A stretch of 50,741 nucleotides of DNA from Acidobacteriota bacterium (GCA_037441225.1 JBBISU010000020.1:1-50741); one strand, 5' to 3'; numbered from the stretch's first letter, positions 34,439 to 45,051 are shown. Notes: generated by a model not told the origin, from the letters alone. Program-made: numbers and translations.

Positions 34439-34750
34439 TTAATATTTAATTATTTTTGGCTCCTTTATGGGTTTCCATCTGTGGGAAATAAAACTTTCAA
34501 ATAAATCTTCGCTACTTTTGCTTATAAACTCTTTATAAAAAGGATTTGAAAGCCATTTTTCAATATATTCTTCACTTTCCCATAAAGAAAATACATGATA
34601 TGTATAAGGTTTTCCAATAACTTGACTTGCTTGAAATTCCTTAAGACCTTCAATGATGTTAATATTTTCAAGGGCTTTTTGAAAAATTTGAAGAAATTTT
34701 TTTTCCTTTTCTTTATTTTTTAATGTAATTGTAATTGAAACACCTATCAT
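34439..34750 (-). CDS. Small ABM-like (dimeric alpha+beta barrel) protein
   Basis: 103 aa. The beta-alpha-beta pattern with ...HVFSLWESEEYIEKWLSNPFYKEF... resembles antibiotic-biosynthesis-monooxygenase-fold proteins. Weak call. Confidence 0.4.
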   Translation of the reverse strand: MIGVSITITLKNKEKEKKFLQIFQKALENINIIEGLKEFQASQVIGKPYTYHVFSLWESEEYIEKWLSNPFYKEFISKSSEDLFESFISHRWKPIKEPKIIKY

Positions 34751-34760
34751 TTTTAACCTC

Positions 34761-36431
34761 CTATAATTTAATCAAAAAATCCTTTATTTCTTCAATTGAA
34801 AAAGGAGAACCACTGTACTTTAAAAATTTCTTATCTGCCTTTCTGCCTGTTTCATAATAAAACAATCTTTCAAATTGAGATGTATAATTTCCTTCTATAA
34901 AAATTAATTTATTTGCTTTTTCTGCATATTCCTTTGCTTTTTTGTTTACAGGCCAGAGTTGTTCAAAATGTAAAATTGCTGTTTCCTTCAAATTTAAATT
35001 TTCAAAGGACTCTTTTATTGTATGATATGTTGAGCCCCAGGAAATAATTAAATTTTTATAATTTTTATCTCCAAAAAATATTGGTTCCAATGCCTCATCT
35101 TTTATATATTTTTCCTTTTTATTTCTTTTTTCAACCATTTTTATTCTCAAGTCCTCTTCTTCTGTTATATGCCCTTCTTCTGTATGTTCATGGCTGTCAA
35201 AACAAACAAGCCCTTCTCCAAAGCCAGGCACACCCCTTGGTGAAATGCCATTTTCAGTAAACTTATACCTTAAATAATCCTTTTTTGTTTCTACAATAAA
35301 ATTTTCAATTTTTTCATATTTTATTTCTTCCATAGGATAAAAACTATCCAAAAGATGTTGATCTGTTAAAATAAAGGCAGGTATCTGGAATTTATCAGAA
35401 ATATAAAATGCCTTTTGGGTCAGGTAAAAGCAGGATTCAATTGAAGATGGTGCAAGTATTACCCTTGGGAATTCTCCATGGCCTGCATAAAGGGCTAAAT
35501 TTAAATCTGCTTGTTCTGTCCTTGTAGGAAGTCCTGTTGCAGGTCCAGGCCTTTGTGCCAAATGTATAACAAGGGGAGATTCCATTGCACCTGCCAGGGA
35601 CAGTGCTTCACACATTAAGGCAAAACCACCACCTGATGTTGTAACCATTGCCCTCCCTCCTGCATACCAGGCACCTATTGCCATATTTGCAACAGCAATT
35701 TCATCTTCACACTGGATAGCAACAATATCAAAATCCTTTGAGATTTCTGCTAAGTTTTTAAAAACACCCGTTGATGGGGACATTGGATAGGTTGTTATAA
35801 AATTACAACCACCTGCAAGAGCACCAATTGAAACAGCCATAGAACCATCCCATAAAATCCTTTTCCCTTCCTTTGGCTTTATATTTATCTGGATTTTTAA
35901 ATTTTCTAAAACCTTTTTGCTTTCTTCATAACCCATAATAAATGCTTTCAAATTTTTTTGATATGTTTCTTCTCCTTTTTTTTCAAAAAAATCTTTCAAA
36001 TATTTTTCCCCTTTTTCAATACTGAAAAGATTGCATAAAAAGCCAAGAGCAACTGAGTTTAATCCTTGGGGTATTCCAGCTTCTTTTGCAATTTTTTTTA
36101 AAGGAAATTCTATAAAAGGAATATTTTCTTCTAAAAATTCTTTTTCAGAAAAAATTAATGTATCTTTATCAATTCTATTTTTTAAATGGGGTATTGCTTC
36201 CTTGTCAAAAGGGATTAAAATATCAATTTTTTTTGAAAATCCTTTAATTTCTTTGTTTGAAATTTGAATTGTTGTAGAATTTGAACCACCCCTTACCCTT
36301 GATTCATATTCCTTTGAAGCATAAAAAAGAATTCCCTTTTTATTTAGAAATTTTGTAAAAAGATATTCCACTGTTTGAACTCCCAAACCAGCACCACCAC
36401 ATAAAGTGATATTTACATTTTCATAATTCAT
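34761..36431 (-). CDS. 2-oxoacid:ferredoxin oxidoreductase, fused gamma + alpha subunits
   Basis: N-terminal gamma-type segment (CGGAGLGVQT...RVRGG) followed by an alpha-type segment (GSMAVSIGALAGGCNFITTYPMSPST). No beta subunit gene is adjacent. Confidence 0.8.
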   Translation of the reverse strand: MNYENVNITLCGGAGLGVQTVEYLFTKFLNKKGILFYASKEYESRVRGGSNSTTIQISNKEIKGFSKKIDILIPFDKEAIPHLKNRIDKDTLIFSEKEFLEENIPFIEFPLKKIAKEAGIPQGLNSVALGFLCNLFSIEKGEKYLKDFFEKKGEETYQKNLKAFIMGYEESKKVLENLKIQINIKPKEGKRILWDGSMAVSIGALAGGCNFITTYPMSPSTGVFKNLAEISKDFDIVAIQCEDEIAVANMAIGAWYAGGRAMVTTSGGGFALMCEALSLAGAMESPLVIHLAQRPGPATGLPTRTEQADLNLALYAGHGEFPRVILAPSSIESCFYLTQKAFYISDKFQIPAFILTDQHLLDSFYPMEEIKYEKIENFIVETKKDYLRYKFTENGISPRGVPGFGEGLVCFDSHEHTEEGHITEEEDLRIKMVEKRNKKEKYIKDEALEPIFFGDKNYKNLIISWGSTYHTIKESFENLNLKETAILHFEQLWPVNKKAKEYAEKANKLIFIEGNYTSQFERLFYYETGRKADKKFLKYSGSPFSIEEIKDFLIKL

Positions 36432-36442
36432 TTTTATCTCCT

Positions 36443-38083
36443 TTAAAAAATATTTATATCTTTATATTCCCCATAAACATCTTTTAAACATTGTGTTATC
36501 TCACCAATTGTTGCATAAGCTTCAACTGCTTCAATTATTGGATAAATTAAATTTTTTTCCCTTCTGGCAAATTCCTTCAACATTTCCAATCTTTTTATAA
36601 CAATTTTTTCATCCCTTTTATTCTTTAATTCTTTTATCTTTTGAATTTGTTTTAATTCAACTTCTGGTGGAACTTTTAAAATTGGAATTTCTCTTTTTTC
36701 TTTTTCTTCAAAAAAATTCAAACCCACAATTATCCTTTCTTTTTTTTCTATTTCTTTTTGATATTCATAAGCAGATATGTGTATTTCCTTTTGTTGATAG
36801 CCCGACAAAATTGCTTTCAAAGCACCACCTAAACTTTCAATTTTTTTTAAATAATCAAAGACCTCTTCTTCAATTTCTTTTGTCCATTTTTCAATCAGAT
36901 ATGAGCCAGCAAAAGGGTCAATTGTGTCAGCAGTGCCTGATTCATAAGCTATTATTTGTTGTGTTCTTAAGGCAATTTTTGCTGCTTCTTCTGTTGGAAG
37001 GCATAATGCTTCATCATAGGAATTTGTATGGAGGGATTGGGTTCCTCCTAAGACAGCTGCCAGAGCTTGAATGCATACTCTTACAATATTGTTTTCTGGC
37101 TGCTGGGCTGTCAATGTTGAGCCAGCTGTTTGGGTGTGGAACCTTAAAAGCATTGATTCTTTCTTTTGAGCTTTATATTTTTCTTTCATTATTCTTGCCC
37201 AGACCTTCCTTGCTGCTCTGAATTTTGAAACTTCTTCTAATAAATTATTATGGGAATTAAAGAAAAAAGAAAGCTTTGGCGCAAAGGAATCTATATCCAG
37301 ACCTCTTTTTAAAGCAGAATCAATATATTCAATAGCATTGGCAAAGGTAAAAGCAATTTCCTGTGAAGCAGTTGAACCTGCTTCCCTTATATGATAGCCA
37401 GAGATAGAAATTGGATTAAATTTTGGCATATTATCTTTGCAAAATTCAATTATATCTATACAAAGTTTTAAAGATGGCTCAGGTGGAAAGATATAAGTTC
37501 CCCTTGCAATATATTCTTTTAAAATATCATTTTGAATTGTTCCCCTCAATTCATTTAAATCAACTTTTTGTTTTTCAGCCAAAGCTGTATACATTGCTAA
37601 AATAATAGGAGCAGTTGCATTTATTGTCATTGAAACAGAGGCATCTTTTAAAGGAATACCATCAAATAAAATTTCCATATCTCTTAAGGAATCAATGGCA
37701 ACCCCTACCTTCCCAACTTCTCCTTTTGAAATGGGGCTATCAGAATCATAGCCAATTTGTGTTGGCAGGTCAAAGGCAATTGATAAGCCCGTCTGTCCTT
37801 TTTCAAGCAAAAATTTATATCTTTTATTTGATTCCTCAGGCGTTGAAAAACCAGAATACTGTCTCATTGTCCATAGCCTTCCCCTGTACATTGTAGGATA
37901 TATACCTCTTGTAAAAGGAAATTCACCTGGATAACCAATTTCAAAATCATAATCAATTTTTTCAATATCAAATGGCGTATAAATTTCTTTTATTTCCCTT
38001 TTTGAAGGGGTTGTAAATTTATCCTTCCTTTCTTTTTCCTTTTTATAATTTTCTTTAAAATCTTTTAATTTTTTTTTATTCAT
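36443..38083 (-). CDS. Methylmalonyl-CoA mutase family, large catalytic subunit (no B12-binding domain)
   Basis: Signature [25 protein letters not shown]. At 546 aa it has the length of a split-type catalytic subunit. Confidence 0.85.
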   Translation of the reverse strand: MNKKKLKDFKENYKKEKERKDKFTTPSKREIKEIYTPFDIEKIDYDFEIGYPGEFPFTRGIYPTMYRGRLWTMRQYSGFSTPEESNKRYKFLLEKGQTGLSIAFDLPTQIGYDSDSPISKGEVGKVGVAIDSLRDMEILFDGIPLKDASVSMTINATAPIILAMYTALAEKQKVDLNELRGTIQNDILKEYIARGTYIFPPEPSLKLCIDIIEFCKDNMPKFNPISISGYHIREAGSTASQEIAFTFANAIEYIDSALKRGLDIDSFAPKLSFFFNSHNNLLEEVSKFRAARKVWARIMKEKYKAQKKESMLLRFHTQTAGSTLTAQQPENNIVRVCIQALAAVLGGTQSLHTNSYDEALCLPTEEAAKIALRTQQIIAYESGTADTIDPFAGSYLIEKWTKEIEEEVFDYLKKIESLGGALKAILSGYQQKEIHISAYEYQKEIEKKERIIVGLNFFEEKEKREIPILKVPPEVELKQIQKIKELKNKRDEKIVIKRLEMLKEFARREKNLIYPIIEAVEAYATIGEITQCLKDVYGEYKDINIF

Positions 38084-38967
38084 TTAAAGATATATGTCCT
38101 TTCATTTTTTATCCATCTTGCTAACTTTTCTCCTTTATTTGAAAAAAATTCAAGCATAAGATAACCCTTTTCCTCTGCCTTTCCTGCTACAATATTCACA
38201 ACTTCCATCTTTTTCTTTTTATTCAAATCTTCCCAAAAATACTCTGGTATTGTAATCTTTAAATTATAATTTCCCCTTTCAATTATAGATTCTTGAGGCA
38301 ATTCTGGAAAATCAGAAATTTTAAAATCGTATTCCACTGGCTTTGTTTTTTTAATAGTTAAAAAAGTATATAAAGCACCAACTATGACAAAAAATAAAGC
38401 AATGAAAAGGATTTCTTTTCCTATTTTTCTTTTTCCTTTTTCAACCCTTTTTATTTTCAGCCCTGCTGTTGCTTCTTCTAATATTTTCTTTTTCTTTTTT
38501 ATCTCTGCTAATTCTTCCTCTTTTTTCTTTTTCAATTCTGTTGGTGTAAGAGAAATTTCAATCTCTTCAATTTTTCCCTTTTTTTCAAAATTTCTCAAGA
38601 AACCAATCTCTTCAAAAAGTTTATAATTAAAATCCTGAAGCTCTTTTGCAATGTTGTTTTTCCCCTGGACTACAAAATTTCCAATCTCCTTTTTTATATC
38701 GCTTTGTATTTGCTGTCCTATTTTTAAACTTTCCAATGCCATTTCCTTATTATTTCCATAAAATTCCTTTTCATCTTTGATCTTCTCAATAATTGAAATT
38801 CCTTCTATCAAATAATCCCATAAAACTTCTTCATTTTTTCCTTCAATCCTTTCTTTTACTGAATTTAAAACTTCTTTGCTAAATTTAAAACCAAAATCTT
38901 CATTTTTTATAATTTTATTCTTTACTATTTCAATATAATCTTTTAAAACTTCAAACCTTAACTCCAT
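38080..38967 (-). CDS. Unknown single-TM, Lys/Glu-rich coiled-coil protein
   Basis: An ORF with one TM helix ([20 protein letters not shown]). I prefer the ATG at 38967, which is preceded by AGGAGG, over the tracked start at 38991. Confidence 0.5.
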   Translation of the reverse strand: MELRFEVLKDYIEIVKNKIIKNEDFGFKFSKEVLNSVKERIEGKNEEVLWDYLIEGISIIEKIKDEKEFYGNNKEMALESLKIGQQIQSDIKKEIGNFVVQGKNNIAKELQDFNYKLFEEIGFLRNFEKKGKIEEIEISLTPTELKKKKEEELAEIKKKKKILEEATAGLKIKRVEKGKRKIGKEILFIALFFVIVGALYTFLTIKKTKPVEYDFKISDFPELPQESIIERGNYNLKITIPEYFWEDLNKKKKMEVVNIVAGKAEEKGYLMLEFFSNKGEKLARWIKNERTYIFK

Positions 38968-39025
38968 ACAGTACCTCCTAAATTTTATCAATAAAATAAT
39001 AACAAATTTTTGATATAATTAAAAG

Positions 39026-39799
39026 ATGAATATTTTTAAATATTTTATTTTAGTGATTTTTCTTACTTTTACTTTTTATACAACCCATAAAGTTAAAAAA
39101 GAAATTTTTCTTGAAAGGGAATACAAAGAGGAAATAGGAAAAGAAGCATATAATTTTCATTTAAAAGATTTAGAAAATAAAGAAATTTCATTGCAAAATT
39201 TAAAAGGAAGCGCTGTAATTTTAGTATTTTTTGCAACCTGGTGCGGTCCCTGTAAGCTTGAATTAGAAAAAATAAAAGAAGGAGAAAATTATCTTGCCAG
39301 TTATAATGTAAAGTTATATCTGGTTTCCAAGGAAGAAAAGAATAGGGTTTTAAAATTTATGGAAGAAAATGATTTTGCCTTCAATATACTATTTGATAAG
39401 GAGGGAAATGTGGCAAAAGCTTTTGGTGTAAAATATATCCCAAAAACAGTTATAATAGATGAAAAAGGAAAAATTATTTTTTCAAAAGTAGGTGCTATTT
39501 TAGGCATTCATCAATTGATAGAAAATCTGCCTCACAGGGTTTTTGTGCCAAATAAAGAAAGAAAAATATATAAAGAAGCAGATAAAATACTGGATGAAAT
39601 TCAATGCACTTGCAATTGTGGAAAAACAATTTTAAATTGTGAATGTAAAAATTGTGATTTGATAAAAAAAAGGGAAAATATGAGATATTACATTGTCAGG
39701 TTACTTGAAAAGGAAAAATTTAAAAAGGAACAAGTTATTCAAATTTTAAAATGGAAATATATTGAAAATTTGGGAAAAAATGAAAGCCATAAGGATTGA
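39026..39799 (+). CDS. TlpA/ResA-like membrane-anchored thioredoxin with a C-terminal Cys-rich, CcmH-like extension
   Basis: WCGPC active site in a TlpA-like fold. The C-terminal CTCNCGKTILNCECKNC (39605-39655) is followed by a helix pattern like the CcmH/NrfF core. Confidence 0.75.
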   Translation: MNIFKYFILVIFLTFTFYTTHKVKKEIFLEREYKEEIGKEAYNFHLKDLENKEISLQNLKGSAVILVFFATWCGPCKLELEKIKEGENYLASYNVKLYLVSKEEKNRVLKFMEENDFAFNILFDKEGNVAKAFGVKYIPKTVIIDEKGKIIFSKVGAILGIHQLIENLPHRVFVPNKERKIYKEADKILDEIQCTCNCGKTILNCECKNCDLIKKRENMRYYIVRLLEKEKFKKEQVIQILKWKYIENLGKNESHKD

Positions 39800-40661
39800 A
39801 AATTTAAAAAAAACATATAAAAGTGGTTTTTTTAATAAAAGAAAGATTTTTGCATTAAAAGGGATTTCTTTTGAGATAGAAGAAGGTGAGATTTTTGGCT
39901 TTTTGGGTCCAAATGGTTCTGGAAAAACAACTACAATTTTGTCAATGTTAAATTTGATAAAAAAAGATAGTGGAAAAGTTTTATTTTTTGAAAAAGAATT
40001 GGAAAAGGATTACAAATTATTTAAATATATTGGTTATGTTCCAGAGGATCCATATCTTTATAACAATTTAAAAGTTTTTGAATTCTTATACCTTTCTTCA
40101 AAACTTTCAGAAATAAAAGAGAATAATTTAAAAGAAAAAATTGATTATTATTTAGATTTGTTTGAATTAAATCAGAAAAAGGAAGCTTTAATAAAAAATT
40201 TATCAAAAGGGCAAAAGCAAAGAGTTCTCCTTTCTTTAAACTTTTTAATTGAACCAAAAATTTTAATCCTTGATGAACCCTTTAGAGGACTTGATCCCTT
40301 AGGCATAAAAAATGTAAGGGAAGAAATTAAAAAACTTAAAGAAAAAGGTAAAACAGTTTTTTTAAGTTCGCACATAATATCAGAAGTTGAACAACTTTGC
40401 AAAAAGGTTGCAATTATAAAGGACGGGCTTTTAATCTGGGAAGGAAATCCAAAAGAAATTACAAAAAGTTTTGGTGCTTTTAAAATATTTTATAAATTTA
40501 AAGAGGAGAGATTTGAAAAAAATGTGAATAATCAAGAAGAATTGATAAATTTATTAAATGAAATCAATTTAAAGGGTGGTGAAATAGTTGAAGTATTGAA
40601 GGAAAAAAGTTTAGAAGATTACTTTATTGAAAAAATGGAAAAAAAAGATGGAGAAAATTAA
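39762..40661 (+). CDS. ABC transporter ATP-binding protein (ABC-2 type)
   Basis: Walker A GPNGSGKTT, signature LSKGQKQR, Walker B ILILDEP. The likely true start is ATG 39780 (MKAIRIENL). Confidence 0.9.
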   Translation: MKIWEKMKAIRIENLKKTYKSGFFNKRKIFALKGISFEIEEGEIFGFLGPNGSGKTTTILSMLNLIKKDSGKVLFFEKELEKDYKLFKYIGYVPEDPYLYNNLKVFEFLYLSSKLSEIKENNLKEKIDYYLDLFELNQKKEALIKNLSKGQKQRVLLSLNFLIEPKILILDEPFRGLDPLGIKNVREEIKKLKEKGKTVFLSSHIISEVEQLCKKVAIIKDGLLIWEGNPKEITKSFGAFKIFYKFKEERFEKNVNNQEELINLLNEINLKGGEIVEVLKEKSLEDYFIEKMEKKDGEN

Positions 40662-41442
40662 ATTACTATCCTTTTATTTTTATAAAAATTTCATAAGGTC
40701 TAAAAGTGGAAAAGCAATATTTTTTTCCATATCTGTATTTATTTTGTTTTTTTTCTTGAGTATATTTGCTATTAAAGAAGCAGAAAGAGAATTTTTGAAT
40801 ACAGCTTATGAATTGACAGCATCTGTAATTCTTTTAGTAGCTACAATTGGTAGTTGTGATTTTTTATGCAGTGAAATTAAAGAAAAGACAATTCAGCTCT
40901 TACTTACAAAACCAATTAGAGAAAAAGATATAATAATTTCAAAATGGATAGCCATTAATTTAATTATCTTAACTGCCATAATTTTATATTTTTTTGTTTT
41001 TCATATATTTGGTTTTTTTATTTTTAAAAGATATTTTCCTTCAATGGATATAACCTTTCTTACAATTTTTATTTCTTCCCTTTTAATTTCTTCCTTTACA
41101 TTTTTTTTAACAACTCTTTTCCCAACTATTGCAACAGCTATATTTATTATAATTTTTGGAACAGGCCTTACAAAACTTATTTTAAACTCCCTTTTTGATA
41201 TTAAAACATATAATATTTTTGGATTAATTTCCAAAAAAATCTTAATTTATCTATTTTATTTCTTATTTTATCTTTTTCCTTCTTATTCAAACCTTATAAT
41301 TAAACCAGCTGAAATTTCCTGGAGCAAGACATTTTGGTTAAACTATGTAAAATATTTAATTTATGGAATTTTAATCACAATTTTTTATCTTTTAGCTTCA
41401 ATATATATATTTAAAATAAAAAGAAAATCTTATCTTAAGTAA
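40627..41442 (+). CDS. ABC-2 family transporter permease
   Basis: About six hydrophobic helices. It overlaps the preceding ATPase gene. Confidence 0.6.
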   Translation: MKKWKKKMEKIKLLSFYFYKNFIRSKSGKAIFFSISVFILFFFLSIFAIKEAEREFLNTAYELTASVILLVATIGSCDFLCSEIKEKTIQLLLTKPIREKDIIISKWIAINLIILTAIILYFFVFHIFGFFIFKRYFPSMDITFLTIFISSLLISSFTFFLTTLFPTIATAIFIIIFGTGLTKLILNSLFDIKTYNIFGLISKKILIYLFYFLFYLFPSYSNLIIKPAEISWSKTFWLNYVKYLIYGILITIFYLLASIYIFKIKRKSYLK

Positions 41443-41464
41443 ATTATCAATGGATTTATATTCT

Positions 41465-42433
41465 CTAATTTAAAAGTTCTTTAATTGTGTGAATAGAGGA
41501 TAAGAAAATAATAGGATAAATATCTAAAAAAACCCTTATTTCGCCTGGAATTCCAAAAATTAAATATAAAATAAAATAAATTGGAAAAAGGATTAATCCT
41601 TTTTGAATCCAAAGTGGTTTTTCTTTAAATTTTGCAAAAGCTAAAAGAAAAATTAAAAAATTTGAAAAAAAGGTTTCTAATCTTAAAGGAGATAAGAGGG
41701 TTTGAAGGCGTAAATCAAAATGGAACTCTATTGGCTTGCCAGGATTGTTTATATAAGAAATGAAAAGAATAAAACGGATTAAAAAATATATTAAAATTTG
41801 AGCAATAATCATAATTTTTGAAGTTTTTGTTTTTGGTGGATTTAAAAGGATGTAGAAAAGTAATAAAAAAAGAGAAGTTTCCTTATTATAAGTGCAGAGA
41901 GTAAAGAAAAATAAATAGGAAAAATTTTTGAAATTTATAATTTTATAAAGACAAATAATAAACAAGAATAGGGAAGCAAAATCATAAATATATATAAGAT
42001 TTAAAAAAATTATTAAAGAAAATATAAAAATTAAAGAGATCAAATAATCAGGAATTTTCAAAAAGTTCCCTAATTTTATTATATATATCCCTGAAAATAT
42101 AAGACATAATAAAGAAATAATATTGGCATAGAAAAAAGAAAGGACCCAAGATCTTCCACTTTTCCCTGTAAATTCATTTCCAAAGATACTTGAAAGTCTT
42201 TCTTTTAATGGATTTGCAATGAAATTTGGAGTTAAGAGATCAAAATTCTTAGATAAATCAAGTAAAAATCTTCTTAAAACAAAAGGACGGTGTGCCTCTC
42301 CTTCAATTAAATCAGTAAAAGTTGCCCTTGGATTATTATTAAAAAAAGGATCTTGAAAGAAAAAAGCTAAGTAAATCCAAACTATTAGGATTGAAAAAGA
42401 TAATATTAAAATCAATCTTTTAAATAAGAGCAC
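41465..42433 (-). CDS. Polytopic membrane protein, unknown function
   Basis: 322 aa with about 9 hydrophobic helices. No family motif recognised. Confidence 0.45.
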   Translation of the reverse strand: MLLFKRLILILSFSILIVWIYLAFFFQDPFFNNNPRATFTDLIEGEAHRPFVLRRFLLDLSKNFDLLTPNFIANPLKERLSSIFGNEFTGKSGRSWVLSFFYANIISLLCLIFSGIYIIKLGNFLKIPDYLISLIFIFSLIIFLNLIYIYDFASLFLFIICLYKIINFKNFSYLFFFTLCTYNKETSLFLLLFYILLNPPKTKTSKIMIIAQILIYFLIRFILFISYINNPGKPIEFHFDLRLQTLLSPLRLETFFSNFLIFLLAFAKFKEKPLWIQKGLILFPIYFILYLIFGIPGEIRVFLDIYPIIFLSSIHTIKELLN

Positions 42434-42537
42434 AAAAAAATAATATAAAATAAAAAATAATTTGTCAATTCTTTTAGTTATATTTCAAATTGTTTTTTCC
42501 ATTTGCTAAATTTTTGAAATTTTATTAAACTTTTAAT

Positions 42538-45051
42538 GTGAACTCTGATTTTACGCCTGTAATGAAGCAATATCTTTCTTTGAAAGAAAAAGCAAAGGAC
42601 TGTGTTTTGCTTTTTCGTTTAGGTGATTTTTATGAACTTTTTTTTGAAGATGCAATTGATTGTGCTCCAATTTTGCAGATTGCTTTGACTTCAAGGGATA
42701 AGGAAATACCAATGTGTGGAATTCCATACCATTCCCTTGAAACCTATATTCCAAAGCTTCTAAATTCAGGGAAAAAAATTGCAATTGCAGAACAAATGGA
42801 AGAACCTGGAAAAGGTGGAATTGTAAAGAGAGAAATTGTTCAAATTTTAACACCCGGGCTTTCAATTGAAGAAGAAGAAAGAGTTTTAGTTTCCTTAAAT
42901 TTTTTTGAAAACAATTACTTTCTTGCTTATTTAAACTTTGGTGCAAGGAATTTAAAACTTATTAAATTTAAAGAAAGGGAAGAATTAGAAGATTTTTTTT
43001 TAAATGAACCAATAAAGGAAGCTATTTTTCCAGAAAATTTAAAATTAGAAGAAATTGTTCCAAAAAATATTTCTATAAATAAAATGCCAGTTGATTATTT
43101 TAATTTTCACCTTTCAAAAGAAGAAATAATGAAAACCTTTGATGTTTTAAGTATTAAAGGTTTAAATTTAGAAGATGAATTCATCCCAGTATTTGGTGGA
43201 ATGTTAAAATATGTTAGAGAAACAATAAAAGAAAATTTAAAAAGCTTTGGTGAAATTGAAATAAAAAATGAAGAGGAAGAAGTGCTTCCACCTTCAACTT
43301 TGAGGAACCTTGAAATATTTAAGACAATGGAAGGGGAAAAAGGGGAATCTTTTTTTTATTTTTTTAATAGGACTATCACGCCAATGGGGAAAAGAACTTT
43401 AAAAAACTGGATTATGCATCCTTTAAAAGAAAAGAAAAAAATTTTAATGAGGCAAGAAGCAATATCTTATTTTTTGAAAAATAAAAATATTATTAAAAAT
43501 ATAATGAATATTTTAAAAAATATTCCTGATATTCCAAAGATCTTAGGCAAATTAGAAATTGGTAGGGAGCATCCAAGGGAGATTTTAAGTTTAGGCCAAG
43601 CAGTTGCTAAGTTAAAAGAGATAAATAAACTCATTTTAAACCCTGATTGTGAAATTTTAAAGGAAATTTTAACTTATTTTAAAGAGATACCTGAAGAAAT
43701 ATTTGAAATTGACAAAATTTTAAAAGATGATATTCCTTACCTTTATAAAGAAGGTGGTTTTATAAAAGAAGGAATATCAAAGGAATTGGATGATTTGAAA
43801 AAGTTAAAAAGCAATTCAAGTGAAGCAATTTTTGAGTTTGAAAAAAAAGAAAGGGAAAGGTTAAAAATTCCAACTTTAAAAATAAAATATAATAAAGTTT
43901 TTGGCTATTTTATTGAAGTATCAAAGGGTCAAATTGATAAAGTTCCAAAGGACTATATAAGAAAGCAAACTCTTGTAAATGCAGAAAGGTATTATACAAT
44001 TGAAATAAAAGAATTAGAAGAAAAGATAATGAGTGCAGAAGAAAAGATAATTAAATTGGAACTGGAAATTTATGAAAATTTAAGGGAAAAAATAAAAGAT
44101 AAAATAAAATTTTTAATTGATTTGAGTGAAGCAGTTGGAAAATTGGATGCCCTTCTTTCTTTTGCAAAAGTTGCAGAAGAGGAAGGTTTTACAGCTCCTT
44201 TAATCTCTGAAAAAAGAGAATTAAAAATAATTGAAGGATGGCATCCTGTTGTTTCAAAACTTGTATCTTTGCCTTTTGTTCCAAATGATTGTCATTTGGA
44301 TAGTGAAACAAAACAAATTATGATTATAACTGGTCCAAATATGGGAGGAAAGTCCACATACCTGAGGCAGATTGGCTTAATATGTCTTTTGTCTCAAATT
44401 GGTTCTTATGTTCCGGCAAAGGAAGCAGAAATTCCAATCTTTGATCATATATTTACAAGGGTTGGTTCTGCTGATTTCCTTCACAGGGGAGAATCAACTT
44501 TTATGGTTGAAATGATTGAAATGGCAAGGATTTTAAGGGGAGCAACAGAAGAAAGCCTAATCCTTTTAGATGAAGTTGGAAGGGGAACTTCTACCTTTGA
44601 CGGCTTGTCAATTGCTTGGGCAACAGTTGAATATATGCATAATAAGAATTGTGGACTTGTATTATTTGCAACCCATTACCATGAACTTACAAATTTAAGT
44701 AATGAATTGGAAAGGGTTATAAACAAAACATTTGCAGTAAAAGAATATAAAGATAAGATTATTTTTATGCATAAGTTAATAGATGGTGCAGCAGACAGGT
44801 CTTATGGAATAGAAGTGGCACGCCTTGCAGGTATGCCCAATGCAACAATAGAGAGGGCAAAAGAAATTTTATTTATTTTGGAAAAAGCTGATTTGCTTAA
44901 AGATAAAGACATAAAAAAAACGATGCCAAAACAATTGTTTTTGTTTGAAGAAGAAAATCCAATCTTGGAAGAGTTAAAAAAACTTGAAATAGAAAAGCTT
45001 ACACCTTTGGATGCCTTAAATATAATTGCAAAATGGAAAAAAGAAATTTAA
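42538..45051 (+). CDS. mutS: DNA mismatch repair protein MutS
   Basis: N-terminal TPVMKQYLSLKEK...LFRLGDFYELF, Walker A GPNMGGKST, then DEVGRGTSTFDG and the FATHYHEL motifs. GTG start. Confidence 0.95.
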   Translation: MNSDFTPVMKQYLSLKEKAKDCVLLFRLGDFYELFFEDAIDCAPILQIALTSRDKEIPMCGIPYHSLETYIPKLLNSGKKIAIAEQMEEPGKGGIVKREIVQILTPGLSIEEEERVLVSLNFFENNYFLAYLNFGARNLKLIKFKEREELEDFFLNEPIKEAIFPENLKLEEIVPKNISINKMPVDYFNFHLSKEEIMKTFDVLSIKGLNLEDEFIPVFGGMLKYVRETIKENLKSFGEIEIKNEEEEVLPPSTLRNLEIFKTMEGEKGESFFYFFNRTITPMGKRTLKNWIMHPLKEKKKILMRQEAISYFLKNKNIIKNIMNILKNIPDIPKILGKLEIGREHPREILSLGQAVAKLKEINKLILNPDCEILKEILTYFKEIPEEIFEIDKILKDDIPYLYKEGGFIKEGISKELDDLKKLKSNSSEAIFEFEKKERERLKIPTLKIKYNKVFGYFIEVSKGQIDKVPKDYIRKQTLVNAERYYTIEIKELEEKIMSAEEKIIKLELEIYENLREKIKDKIKFLIDLSEAVGKLDALLSFAKVAEEEGFTAPLISEKRELKIIEGWHPVVSKLVSLPFVPNDCHLDSETKQIMIITGPNMGGKSTYLRQIGLICLLSQIGSYVPAKEAEIPIFDHIFTRVGSADFLHRGESTFMVEMIEMARILRGATEESLILLDEVGRGTSTFDGLSIAWATVEYMHNKNCGLVLFATHYHELTNLSNELERVINKTFAVKEYKDKIIFMHKLIDGAADRSYGIEVARLAGMPNATIERAKEILFILEKADLLKDKDIKKTMPKQLFLFEEENPILEELKKLEIEKLTPLDALNIIAKWKKEI

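Noticed and set aside
36443-38991. Cobalamin riboswitch or B12-binding small subunit associated with the methylmalonyl-CoA mutase gene.
   Set aside because: The mutase start overlaps the upstream ORF, so there is no leader for a riboswitch. No ~130-aa DxHxxG-type B12-binding protein is encoded nearby in this window.
39011-39026. Extended -10 box (TGATATAAT) ending 6 nt before ATG 39026, and TATAAT 8 nt before the regulator ATG at 6556, suggesting leaderless mRNAs.
   Set aside because: TATAAT-like hexamers arise by chance at high frequency in DNA this AT-rich. Without transcription-start data I do not assert these promoters.
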